The translations under genes were made by a program, and so were the position numbers. A stretch of 64,000 bases of DNA from Methanobacteriota archaeon (GTDB taxonomy: Archaea > Thermoplasmatota > Poseidoniia > Poseidoniales > Poseidoniaceae): assembly GCA_018659375.1 (NCBI GenBank), contig JABJMO010000009.1, positions 36,320 to 100,319 of the forward strand. The letters run 5' to 3'. Below the pieces are notes generated by a model that saw nothing but the letters and a program-made list of their open reading frames with translations, made no database searches and was not told where the DNA came from. Shown here piece by piece: positions 19,086 through 28,171 of the stretch (position 1 is its first letter; every line of letters begins with the position of its first letter).

Positions 19086-21350
19086 TCATCTAACTGTAGA
19101 TCCGGTTGAAATTTCCCCGTCTACGGTAATTAATTTAACTTGGCCATTTCCATCATCTGCAGCTAACATCATTCCCTCAGAAGTCACCCCTCTGAGTGGT
19201 CTTGGCTGTAAATTACTCACAAATACAACTTGCATACCAGTCAATTGTTCAGCAGTGTAATATTGTTTAATCCCTGCACATATTACTCGCCCATTATCCC
19301 CATCATCCAAATTTACCACGTATAATTTATCCGCATTAGGGTGTTCTTCAACACTAGTTATCTTACCGACTTTTAGTTCTACTTTCATAAAATCATTGAA
19401 GTCTAAATATTGTATTCCTTCTACTTGTTTATTCATCTTTTTTCCACCTTTCTTTCCACCTTTGACATTCGATATAGGGCTGCTATCAGTTATTTCTTTA
19501 GATGCCAATGATTGTTCTTGTTTTAATATTTCATCTAATTCTAAACGTTTGAATAAAGGTTCAGGGTTTCGGTCATTCCACGTCATATCGGCTTGCCAGT
19601 CAATTGCTGAATACCAATCTGTTTGGGCTACTTGCCCTGATTGACCAAGGGATTCCCATAATCTCTGAGCACTAAAAGGCAAAAATGGTTGTGTTACAAC
19701 AGCAAGATATCGACATATTCTCCAGCCAAATGCTAGGCTTGCTAAAGATTCTTTAGCCGCATCAGAGCCATCAAATTTATCACCCAAATATTTCCAAGGT
19801 GTTGCAGCCTGAATAATTTGATTGCCGTATTGGGCTGCATTCATCACATATCTCAAAGCTTCCTTATACCTATGTCGCTCAAGGGATGTTGTAATTTCCA
19901 AATGTATTTTTTCTAATTTTACAGAGTGCTTAGTGGTGATATTATTCATCTCTAAATTTTCAAATGGTCCATTGTCAGTTTTAGGTAAGCGAGCGCCTAA
20001 AGTCAAAATGCGATGAACAAAGTTACCATATGCTGCAATGAGTTCTGAGTTTATTTTTTCAACAAAATCAGGCCAGTTGAAGTCAGTATCGTGATTTTCT
20101 GGCATGTTAATACTTAGATAATATCTTAGCGTGTCAGGATCGAATCTTTGTAAAAATGAAGGTAACCAGACAGCATGTTTCCTAGATTTTGAAAATTGTC
20201 CACCGGCTAACATTAGATATTCCATTGCTGGGACATTGGTTTCTAGAGCTAATTCACCGACTGACGGCAACTCAACCGGTTGAGTAGAATCCTTCCCTGC
20301 ATTGGCATGATTAAGTCCCATAATAAGAGCGGGCCATATAACAGTGTGAAATGGAATGTTATCTTTGCCTAGGAAATACAGGTGTCTTGGAGAGTTTCCA
20401 TTTTCGTCAATCATCCACCATTTCTTCCATGAATGTTTGCCGTCTGGGTGTCCAGCCTTACTAGCAATAGATTCAGACCAAATTTGTGCACAAGTAGAAT
20501 AACCTTGAACTGCTTCAAACCATACATAAACACACTTACCTTTCCATTCTTTATCCTCTAGTGGCAATGGAATGCCCCATGATAAATCCCTGGTTACTGC
20601 TCTTGGGCGTAGACCCATATCTAACCATTGCTTGGTCATTGCTTTGACATTAGACTTCCAAACGCTACTGCGACTCTCAGCATGTTGTTCTAAGACCTCT
20701 TGAAATAAATCCAGTCGATAAAAGAAATGCTCTGTATCGCGAATTTCAATTTCTGCTCCTGGATTCATTTTTGATCTTGGAGACTTTAATTCAATTGCTT
20801 CATAAGTGGCACCGCACTCATCACATTGGTCACCTCTGGCTCCATCAGAATCACATGTAGGGCAAATGCCTTCTACATAGCGGTCTGGCAAAAACCGTCC
20901 CGTATTACCACTTGACAATTCGTAGTATTGTTTGCTTGTTCTACGTTCAAATAATCCCGCATCTAGTAATTTGGTGAAATTTTCTTGAACGATGGTCTTG
21001 TGTCTGATATCTGAAGTTCTATTGAATAGTGAGCCTCCGTATTCAATACCTCTAGGATCTATTTTTGGCTCCCAAGAGCACCCTAAGTCTAGGAGTGCTT
21101 GTTGGTTGATTTTGTGATATCTGTCTACAATATCTTGTGGTTTGACGCCTTCAAGTTCTGCTGACACAGTAATGGGAGTTCCATGTTCGTCTGAACCCGA
21201 TACCATTAGCACTCGATTTCCTTTAGCACGTTCGAACCTTGCTTGAATATCTGGGGGGAGGTAACATCCGGCTACGTGGCCTAGGTGAAGTGGTCCGTTC
21301 GCATATGGCCATGCGACACAAATCATCACATATTCGCTCACATCGGTCAT
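19086..21350 (-). CDS. metG: Methionyl-tRNA synthetase with C-terminal tRNA-binding OB domain
   Basis: PYANGPLHLGH, GSDEHG, CPTC/CDEC knuckle, YVWFEA, GKDNIPFH, FSKS, HPNADKL...SEGM. Confidence 0.97.
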   Translation of the reverse strand: MTDVSEYVMICVAWPYANGPLHLGHVAGCYLPPDIQARFERAKGNRVLMVSGSDEHGTPITVSAELEGVKPQDIVDRYHKINQQALLDLGCSWEPKIDPRGIEYGGSLFNRTSDIRHKTIVQENFTKLLDAGLFERRTSKQYYELSSGNTGRFLPDRYVEGICPTCDSDGARGDQCDECGATYEAIELKSPRSKMNPGAEIEIRDTEHFFYRLDLFQEVLEQHAESRSSVWKSNVKAMTKQWLDMGLRPRAVTRDLSWGIPLPLEDKEWKGKCVYVWFEAVQGYSTCAQIWSESIASKAGHPDGKHSWKKWWMIDENGNSPRHLYFLGKDNIPFHTVIWPALIMGLNHANAGKDSTQPVELPSVGELALETNVPAMEYLMLAGGQFSKSRKHAVWLPSFLQRFDPDTLRYYLSINMPENHDTDFNWPDFVEKINSELIAAYGNFVHRILTLGARLPKTDNGPFENLEMNNITTKHSVKLEKIHLEITTSLERHRYKEALRYVMNAAQYGNQIIQAATPWKYLGDKFDGSDAAKESLASLAFGWRICRYLAVVTQPFLPFSAQRLWESLGQSGQVAQTDWYSAIDWQADMTWNDRNPEPLFKRLELDEILKQEQSLASKEITDSSPISNVKGGKKGGKKMNKQVEGIQYLDFNDFMKVELKVGKITSVEEHPNADKLYVVNLDDGDNGRVICAGIKQYYTAEQLTGMQVVFVSNLQPRPLRGVTSEGMMLAADDGNGQVKLITVDGEISTGSTVR

Positions 21351-21483
21351 ATAGAGCCCTCAATGTCTGTGCGTGTAGACTTCCGTTATTGAGTTTCACC
21401 ATCAATATCGATTTATGCGTCATTTTGAATAACTAGAATCGTTACGCAGGTTTAGCGCATCGTCTAGGGGCCGTCTTAAATTC

Positions 21484-22518
21484 ATGGAATTCACAATATT
21501 GATTTTTTACATCACACTCGCACTCGGAGTATCTTTCCTCTGCTCCATTCTAGAAGCAATTGTACTTTCAATACCTTACACTCACATAGCAGTAATGGAA
21601 AAGAATGGCAGCAAAATAGGACAAATTTGGGCTAAACTGAAAGATGATGACGCAGTAAAACCACTAACTGCAATTCTTACGTTAAACACTATTGCTCACA
21701 CGATGGGTGCTGCAGGTGTTGGTTCTGAGGTAAACAAACAGTTTGGTGAAGAATACCTGACAATAGCGTCTGTATTACTAACCTTAGCAGTACTATTCCT
21801 TTCAGAAATAATTCCGAAAACTCTTGGAACTGCATACTGGAAACAACTTGCTCCAACTGCAGGGCATATTCTTAATTTTATGACTTATGCACTGATGTTA
21901 ATTATAATCCCCATACAGTGGCTAAAAAGAATCTTACCTTCGGGTGGTAATTCTTTAGTAACACGTGATGATGTAGCAGCACTGGCTGATTTAGGAGAAG
22001 AAGAAGGTATTTTAGAAGTCGATGAAGAGACGGTAATTCATAACTTACTCAGGCTTAGAGAAATTGCAGTCAATGAAGTTATGACTCCTAGAGTAGTAAT
22101 AACAGCATTTCAACAAGATTATACTATCAGGCAAGTAATGGATGAGAATCAAGTAATAAGATTCTCGAGAATTCCTATTTTTGGAGACTCAATTGATGAC
22201 ATAAAGGGAATAATAATTCGGTCGCAATTACTAATGGCGGCCAGTCGCGATGAGTGGGGTTTATCGATTTCAGAGTTATCAAAACCAGTAAAGACAATTT
22301 CGACCAACAGTTCAGTGGACAGTGCTTTAGATATGTTTTTGACTAACAAACAACAAATAGCCATTGTTATTGATGAATTTGGTGGTACATCCGGTATTCT
22401 AACTATGGAAGATGTTTTGGAAACATTACTTGGCGAAGAAATTGTTGATGAGTTAGACGAAGTTGAAGATATGCGTGAGTTAGCCAGAGATCAGGCTGAG
22501 GTTAACGAATCAGAGTGA
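21484..22518 (+). CDS. CNNM/CorB (hemolysin-like) Mg2+ transport protein, DUF21 + CBS pair
   Basis: SFLCSILEA, LTLNTIAHT, SEIIPKT, VMTPR, FSRIPI, DEFGGTSGILTMED. Confidence 0.9.
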   Translation: MEFTILIFYITLALGVSFLCSILEAIVLSIPYTHIAVMEKNGSKIGQIWAKLKDDDAVKPLTAILTLNTIAHTMGAAGVGSEVNKQFGEEYLTIASVLLTLAVLFLSEIIPKTLGTAYWKQLAPTAGHILNFMTYALMLIIIPIQWLKRILPSGGNSLVTRDDVAALADLGEEEGILEVDEETVIHNLLRLREIAVNEVMTPRVVITAFQQDYTIRQVMDENQVIRFSRIPIFGDSIDDIKGIIIRSQLLMAASRDEWGLSISELSKPVKTISTNSSVDSALDMFLTNKQQIAIVIDEFGGTSGILTMEDVLETLLGEEIVDELDEVEDMRELARDQAEVNESE

Positions 22519-23525
22519 ATTCTTTCAGCTAGCCACTCACCGATAATTACGTCTCTGTCAGAATTAGTTCTAGATTTCGCATGTGTCAAACTTGTAACTA
22601 GATAATGGTCGAAGGTTGATTCATTGAGTGTTGAATCATTTTGCACATCAACTAACGCATCATAATGCCGTCTACCGAGTATATCATCCTGTTCTGCTTG
22701 TACCAATAATAAATCATTAGTTATTGACCCCCATAAAGGTACATCAACCTCCCTTAGATCGTCAATCGAGGTCAACTTTGGATTCACATTGTTAAAGTGT
22801 ACCCGAAGTCTTTTCCAATACTTACTAATCAAAAACTTAGGAATAAATAACTGACTTATTGTCTCTTCAAAAATAAAGGAATAACATGTTAAAGGTGATT
22901 CTAATATATATCCGCTTATCTTTTCATATTGGCTGTTAGAACCAATTAATTTATTGAATTTCAATAGGACAAAACCGCCCATACTGTGTCCATGGAAGTA
23001 GATTTCAGAAACAGCATCCATATTGAAAGAAGATTCGATTGATTCAAAGAATTCATGGAAAGTTATTGCTGCATGACCTGCAGTCCACTTCGCTACGGGT
23101 TCACTTGAACCATGACCTGGCATCTCAAAAATCATGACGTGCATTCCCATTTGGATGTATTTGTTTGCTCTACCCTCCATGGATATGGCTCCACTCCTCC
23201 AGCCGTGAATAATTATGACCAAAGGACGTTTGATATCATCAAAATATGATTTAACATGGATTTTTGTAGATAAATTGTGGTATGAAGAATGCCAGCCGTT
23301 TTCATTGAACATTTTCTTTTTGTTACCAGGTGAAATAAATGCCATTGCAATCCAAAATTCTAAAATGAAATTATAAAATATTATGCACCCAAACGAAATA
23401 TATATACTCAATTCTAATAATGTTGTACTAATTAATAATCGAAAAATAAAGATGATTAATAATGATATTAGCAAAAACGGACGTATCCACCTATACTTAA
23501 CTAGAAACATGCAACTCACAGACAA
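22491..23525 (-). CDS. Membrane-anchored alpha/beta hydrolase
   Basis: N-terminal TM segments, IIHGW, PGHGSS, nucleophile GHSMGG, downstream Asp and His; exact start uncertain. Confidence 0.82.
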   Translation of the reverse strand: MSVSCMFLVKYRWIRPFLLISLLIIFIFRLLISTTLLELSIYISFGCIIFYNFILEFWIAMAFISPGNKKKMFNENGWHSSYHNLSTKIHVKSYFDDIKRPLVIIIHGWRSGAISMEGRANKYIQMGMHVMIFEMPGHGSSEPVAKWTAGHAAITFHEFFESIESSFNMDAVSEIYFHGHSMGGFVLLKFNKLIGSNSQYEKISGYILESPLTCYSFIFEETISQLFIPKFLISKYWKRLRVHFNNVNPKLTSIDDLREVDVPLWGSITNDLLLVQAEQDDILGRRHYDALVDVQNDSTLNESTFDHYLVTSLTHAKSRTNSDRDVIIGEWLAERIHSDSLTSA

Positions 23526-23539
23526 GAGTATATTGACAC

Positions 23540-24487
23540 TTATTTCTTAGACGCTTTTGCCTTGGCTTTTGCTTTGGCAACTGGTTTTGCTTTGGCAACT
23601 GGTTTTGCTTTTGCTACTCCTTTATCGGTTTCTTTTGATTCTTTCATGGGATTTTCAACCGACTCATTTTCTTTGGCCTCTTTTTTAGCTTCTCTGTTCG
23701 CAGCAAACTTGTCACCGTAATCTCCCATACTCTCAAACTTAGCCCAGAATCCACTTGCTTTCTCTTCTGCAGTTGGGACGTGTTTTACCATGTATGCTCC
23801 AAACATGACATCGTAAAGCCCTTGATTATAATCACTGGCCTTTGAAAATTGCCAGTTAACGATGTAAAGTATTACGAATATTGCCCCAACGACAGTGAAA
23901 ATTATTGGGCCTGCTCCTGCATCTTTGTCACCTATATTGCTTGTTGAGACAAATATAAACAGGAAACCAAATAATGCTAGAATCCCCACAGAATTGGATA
24001 AAGCACCTTGTATGGGATTCGATTTTTCTCCTGTAGAAGTCACATATTTTATTCTTGAAACGAATTGACCAAGATTCCTACCCGTCTTGAACGGCAACAG
24101 AATAACATTCAATACCATCATTACTAGAGACGCAACAATAAGAATAGTTGTTACTAATCCAGTATCGCTGGCCATCATAAAAAGGGCGGCGAACAGTACA
24201 CCAAAGTTCCATGCAAAATTGACAAACCAACTCATAGTACGGTCCAATTTATTTGCCATTTCGAAGCCCTCGGGTAATCCGGATACACGTGGCCTACGTT
24301 CCTTCTTAGCTTTCTTCGCCTTGGTGGGTTTCGGTTCTGCAACGGCTACGGGGGCTGGAGCCTTCTCGACGGTTTTAGCTACTGTTTTGGCTTTTGCAAC
24401 AGCCTTTGCGACTGGCTTTGCTTTTGCGACTGCCTTGACTTTTGGTTTTGATTCGCTTGCTCCACCTGCTTTATCTAATAATCCCAT
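23540..24487 (-). CDS. RDD-family-like 4-TM membrane protein with Ala/Lys-rich repeats at both termini
   Basis: R...G-RNLG...QGLYD pattern of RDD family; AKAKPV repeats; start moved to MGLLDKAG. Confidence 0.65.
   Translation of the reverse strand: MGLLDKAGGASESKPKVKAVAKAKPVAKAVAKAKTVAKTVEKAPAPVAVAEPKPTKAKKAKKERRPRVSGLPEGFEMANKLDRTMSWFVNFAWNFGVLFAALFMMASDTGLVTTILIVASLVMMVLNVILLPFKTGRNLGQFVSRIKYVTSTGEKSNPIQGALSNSVGILALFGFLFIFVSTSNIGDKDAGAGPIIFTVVGAIFVILYIVNWQFSKASDYNQGLYDVMFGAYMVKHVPTAEEKASGFWAKFESMGDYGDKFAANREAKKEAKENESVENPMKESKETDKGVAKAKPVAKAKPVAKAKAKAKASKK
23571..23606 (+). repeat. 18-bp tandem repeat in coding sequence (encodes AKAKPV units on minus strand)
   Basis: GCTTTGGCAACTGGTTTT twice (23571-23588, 23589-23606) with degenerate flanking copies. 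Confidence 0.9.
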
Positions 24488-24497
24488 ATTATCATCC

Positions 24498-25457
24498 TCA
24501 CTGATACATTTCTCCGATAGTACTGTAAATTTTAAAATCAGAAGAACCGACAAAGCTCTCGATTGATTCTTTATTCATGTTTCCGAGTTGACCATCTACG
24601 ATATTGAAGAATAGTGATCTTAAATCATCATCTGCAGATTGTGGATCACTACCGACTGTTTGGTAGACTGAAAAGTCATCGGATTCTACAAATGATTCGA
24701 CAACATTTGCCGGCAGGTTAGAACCTAATAATTCATCAACTATTGCAACGAATGTCACAAACAAGTCTTCTTCATTTGACACTTGAGCAACCACTGGTGC
24801 TGATTCTTCGGAAGGTGTTGAAGTTGATTCATCTGATGCGATATTGGATTGAGCAATTATAGATTGAAGTTGTTTTCTTTCCTTTAGCAAGGATTCTAGT
24901 TGTGGCTTTAGTTCTGCCAATAGTTCTGCATCCCCATCTGCTTTGGCTTCTTGGTAACTGGGTTTCAGGTTTCGAATTTCGTCTTCAATTTGAATTAATT
25001 GATCTTCTTGAGATAGTTCATTTTTCTCGTCATCCAGTAGTTCAACTACTGGAGCATCCCTAACTTGGGCTATTTTATCATCGTGTTGTTGTTTTCTAAG
25101 AACAATAATATCGCGGTCTAGAGCATGTCCAAAACGGTCGGCATATCGATCTAATAACGAGCCTGCTTCACCAGCTGAAATACGGTCTATGTGACCATAA
25201 ATCTGTGGCAGTGGTTTGTTTGACTTTTTAGCCCAAAGTTCATTGTAATCATCGTCTTTGTTAGAACTTTCTGTAACGGTTTCTTTAATTTCACCCGGAC
25301 CTAATGCCGCAGGCATTGGTAGCGTAGGTAGAGGAGGCATAGACGCTACATCAGGAAGTGGTAATGGCATTCCCGGCATTGGTGGCAAAGGCGCTGGGGG
25401 GAGGGCTAGGTTGGTTTGCACCGGAGCAGATTTTTTCTTGTTCTTCCTGAACCCCAT
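24498..25457 (-). CDS. Hypothetical protein: Pro-rich N-terminus, coiled coil, duplicated C-terminal helical motif
   Basis: SD AGGTGAGG before ATG 25457; two copies of IVD..LG.....ESFV.S.DF..Y.T.G. Confidence 0.75.
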   Translation of the reverse strand: MGFRKNKKKSAPVQTNLALPPAPLPPMPGMPLPLPDVASMPPLPTLPMPAALGPGEIKETVTESSNKDDDYNELWAKKSNKPLPQIYGHIDRISAGEAGSLLDRYADRFGHALDRDIIVLRKQQHDDKIAQVRDAPVVELLDDEKNELSQEDQLIQIEDEIRNLKPSYQEAKADGDAELLAELKPQLESLLKERKQLQSIIAQSNIASDESTSTPSEESAPVVAQVSNEEDLFVTFVAIVDELLGSNLPANVVESFVESDDFSVYQTVGSDPQSADDDLRSLFFNIVDGQLGNMNKESIESFVGSSDFKIYSTIGEMYQ

Positions 25458-25539
25458 GACCTCACCTATCCACAAGGGAGAGCAGTATAGTATTGAACCT
25501 TACCTAAAAAAACCTCAATATTGGGATGATTCAGTAATG

Positions 25540-26754
25540 TTATGGAGACGCTATTCTTCCCCATCCCTTAAGAACTAAAAATGTGGCTGCTGCATCGCTA
25601 ATATCTAAGACGTCGCCTTTATTTGGAGTCCATTCTTGTTCAAAAAATTTGAAACGACAATCCTCTTGGGTGATTTCCACTTGTAAATTCTTATCATTGC
25701 CCAGAACAACTGCTTCAAAAAGTGGATCAAAACTGTTGGATTTATCCGGATCAAGTCTGTTTAGTGGGAACTCCGTGACTCTCATTCCAGATTTACCATG
25801 TAGGGATGTTGGCCATCTTATTTGCCTCCTAACGTCGATGGTAACAACTTCATCTGCTTCACCTGCATTTGATAAAACAACAGATGTATCGGTTTTGAGC
25901 AGGTCAAGGAATAGCGACTCATGTTTATTTAGCACGCCAAAATTACCATTCAGTAAATTTTGAGTCCTCTGTTGGTTGACTAAAAGTTCACCTAAATTTT
26001 GAATTGAAGTCTTACCTTTGGAACTGGATCTGTTTTCTCGTCGTGCTTGAGATTTTAAACTATCATGCAATTCGTCTAATAGTGAGGTGTATCCCTTTTC
26101 TTTCTTGGCGATTTGTTGAAGTTTTTCAACCACTGATTCCATACCCCTATTAATTCGATTAGCCCAACCGGTTCTATCACCTAGCTGGAATCTAGCCAGG
26201 CTACCTTTGACGTCAACATCTTGGCCTCTTATGTGTGATACTATTTCTCTTCTAGCTTCAGAGTCCAAATGGAATAGAGATGGATCTCTGTAGTGTAAAT
26301 GAAACCCTCTGTGTCCAGAAAAAGTGACTTGTAAATATTTTTCGTCAAATCCAAATTCCGGTTCAAGATAATCATTCCACAATGTCCATGCCTGTTCTTG
26401 AATAACCTCGAGCATCGCTGGAAAATCTCTATCTGTGACGCCTGGCAAGTGATCCCCGTCCAGGTCAAATATTAAATCAGCCCCAATCCATTCTTTTTCT
26501 ACCATTTTCATCATGTAAGGTTTTTCCCAATACGCAGTAGAGTAAAAGCATGAATGCATTGGACGTTGGGTAATAAAATTTCTAACAGATTCTGTGTCTG
26601 AAAAACCCTTATGTCTGATAGGGGGTGAATTACCGAATGGAATAAACATCCATTCACGATATTTTATTCTCGGTGGTGCCCAAAGAGGTGAATGGCTGTA
26701 GTAGTTGGTGAATTTATGAGCAAACCTTGCCCACCCAGTAGAAAACATCATCAC
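25540..26754 (-). CDS. priS: DNA primase catalytic (small) subunit
   Basis: REWMF, DLIFDLDGD, FSGHRGFHL, DEVVTIDVRRQIRWPTSLHGKSG. Confidence 0.93.
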   Translation of the reverse strand: MMMFSTGWARFAHKFTNYYSHSPLWAPPRIKYREWMFIPFGNSPPIRHKGFSDTESVRNFITQRPMHSCFYSTAYWEKPYMMKMVEKEWIGADLIFDLDGDHLPGVTDRDFPAMLEVIQEQAWTLWNDYLEPEFGFDEKYLQVTFSGHRGFHLHYRDPSLFHLDSEARREIVSHIRGQDVDVKGSLARFQLGDRTGWANRINRGMESVVEKLQQIAKKEKGYTSLLDELHDSLKSQARRENRSSSKGKTSIQNLGELLVNQQRTQNLLNGNFGVLNKHESLFLDLLKTDTSVVLSNAGEADEVVTIDVRRQIRWPTSLHGKSGMRVTEFPLNRLDPDKSNSFDPLFEAVVLGNDKNLQVEITQEDCRFKFFEQEWTPNKGDVLDISDAAATFLVLKGWGRIASP

Positions 26755-26771
26755 ACCATAATTTGTTTATT

Positions 26772-26981
26772 TCATTCATTGGCCATCCAGAATTTCTTTT
26801 CAGCCTCAACAACTTTTGTTGATGATTGGGCACCAGTAACTTCAACATAACATTCCCAGCAATAATAATTATTATTGATGACCATTGCAGCGCCAAAGGT
26901 CATTCTTACGCCACACTGTTTACACCTTGGACCAATTTCTCCATTCGGTGCTTGAGCGAGTTGGATATTATCGTGTGGCAT
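26772..26981 (-). CDS. Small zinc-finger protein (69 aa)
   Basis: MPHDNIQ...CKQC...CWEC; GGGAG SD before ATG 26981; in operon upstream of priS. Confidence 0.7.
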   Translation of the reverse strand: MPHDNIQLAQAPNGEIGPRCKQCGVRMTFGAAMVINNNYYCWECYVEVTGAQSSTKVVEAEKKFWMANE

Positions 26982-26989
26982 ATTTCTCC

Positions 26990-27172
26990 CTATTCCTTGG
27001 TAATTATTGTAGTTATTGAATTTGCCTCTGGCATCAATAACACCGTGTTCTTTTGAGTTAGTCCTGTCAAGCAAGTAAATAGTCGGTCAGAAGACCCTTT
27101 GATGTTGGTAGTTTGTGATGGAGCAAAGTCTAATAATCCATTTTGGCTTATTTTTGGTTGTCTTGCCATCAA
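26990..27172 (-). CDS. Small hypothetical protein (~60 aa)
   Basis: Start overlaps the mqnD stop (TGATG) and stop lies 8 nt before the next ATG, exactly filling the gap; no recognised motif. Confidence 0.45.
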   Translation of the reverse strand: MMARQPKISQNGLLDFAPSQTTNIKGSSDRLFTCLTGLTQKNTVLLMPEANSITTIITKE

Positions 27173-28050
27173 ACCGCCCCAATAAAGTCAATATTATTAG
27201 TATCGAATTCTTGGTCGATTAATCCAATCTTTTGACCTTCTTGGAGGAACAATTTTATGGATTCTCTTCCATCTTGACGATAATCAATCGTTCGCTCATT
27301 AACGTACATAGTAACAAATTTTTGGTTAGTTGCATCGTCAATTCCACGGCCCCACTTTTTAGCGAATTCTAAGGCTTCATCAGGATTTTTTATCGCGTAT
27401 TCAATGCTCATCTTGGTGTACAGTGTGATATCTTTCATCATTTGTTGTCCGAGGTCTCTCCTCACTACGTTACCACCTAATGGCATTGGGAAATTATCGG
27501 TAATACTATTCCACCATTTGCCTAGATCCACCAAGACATTTAGATCATTATCTACATAAGTCAATTGACCTTCATGAATAATTAATCCTGAAAGATAGGT
27601 CCCATCCAGAATGCGCGGAATTATTTCGTCGAACGGGACGACTGCCACATTTACATCACCCCAAGCTAATCTTAAACCAAGGTAGGCGCTAGTTTTCAAA
27701 CCAGGTACTGCAATTACCGAATTTTTAGCATCATCCAACGAAACGCCTGATTTACAAACGACCATCGGCCCATATCCCTCTCCCATAGAGGCGCCACAAT
27801 TCATCAAACTGTAATGTTTAGAAATTTCGGGGAATGCATGTATGGATACGGCTGAAACCTCTAACTCTTGGTTCATAGCACGATGATTTAATGTCTCAAT
27901 ATCTTGAAGTTCGTGAACAAATTTATATCCTGGTGTGGGAAATTTACCATTGGTCATTGCATGAAACATAAATGCATCATCTGGGTCTGGAGAATGGCCG
28001 ATTCTGACTAAGTAGTCGCCGTTTTCATCTTGGTCTAGTGTTGTGTCCAT
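27169..28050 (-). CDS. mqnD: 1,4-dihydroxy-6-naphthoate synthase (futalosine pathway)
   Basis: GHSPDPDDAFMF, DIETLN, MGEGYGP, IIHEGQLTY, DLGKWW, PLGG, MYVNE. Confidence 0.9.
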   Translation of the reverse strand: MDTTLDQDENGDYLVRIGHSPDPDDAFMFHAMTNGKFPTPGYKFVHELQDIETLNHRAMNQELEVSAVSIHAFPEISKHYSLMNCGASMGEGYGPMVVCKSGVSLDDAKNSVIAVPGLKTSAYLGLRLAWGDVNVAVVPFDEIIPRILDGTYLSGLIIHEGQLTYVDNDLNVLVDLGKWWNSITDNFPMPLGGNVVRRDLGQQMMKDITLYTKMSIEYAIKNPDEALEFAKKWGRGIDDATNQKFVTMYVNERTIDYRQDGRESIKLFLQEGQKIGLIDQEFDTNNIDFIGAV

Positions 28051-28171
28051 GACAATCCGAAAATTAAGTCCTTCAATAACCATCCGTTTGAAGTAAGTGT
28101 CAAACTAATGAAATCACAAGTTAAAGTAATGTTTCGGCTATAAATTCAAGTAGTTCAAAACCTAGGAAATA

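Noticed and set aside
21359-21393. Hairpin upstream of metG (CTCAAT...ATTGAG) as riboswitch or T-box
   Set aside because: Short imperfect stem, no SAM-riboswitch or T-box consensus
26714-26896. Possible frameshifted N-terminus of priS
   Set aside because: priS has its own GGTG SD and in-frame GTG/ATG starts; the overlapping ORF is better explained as a shadow of the zinc-finger gene
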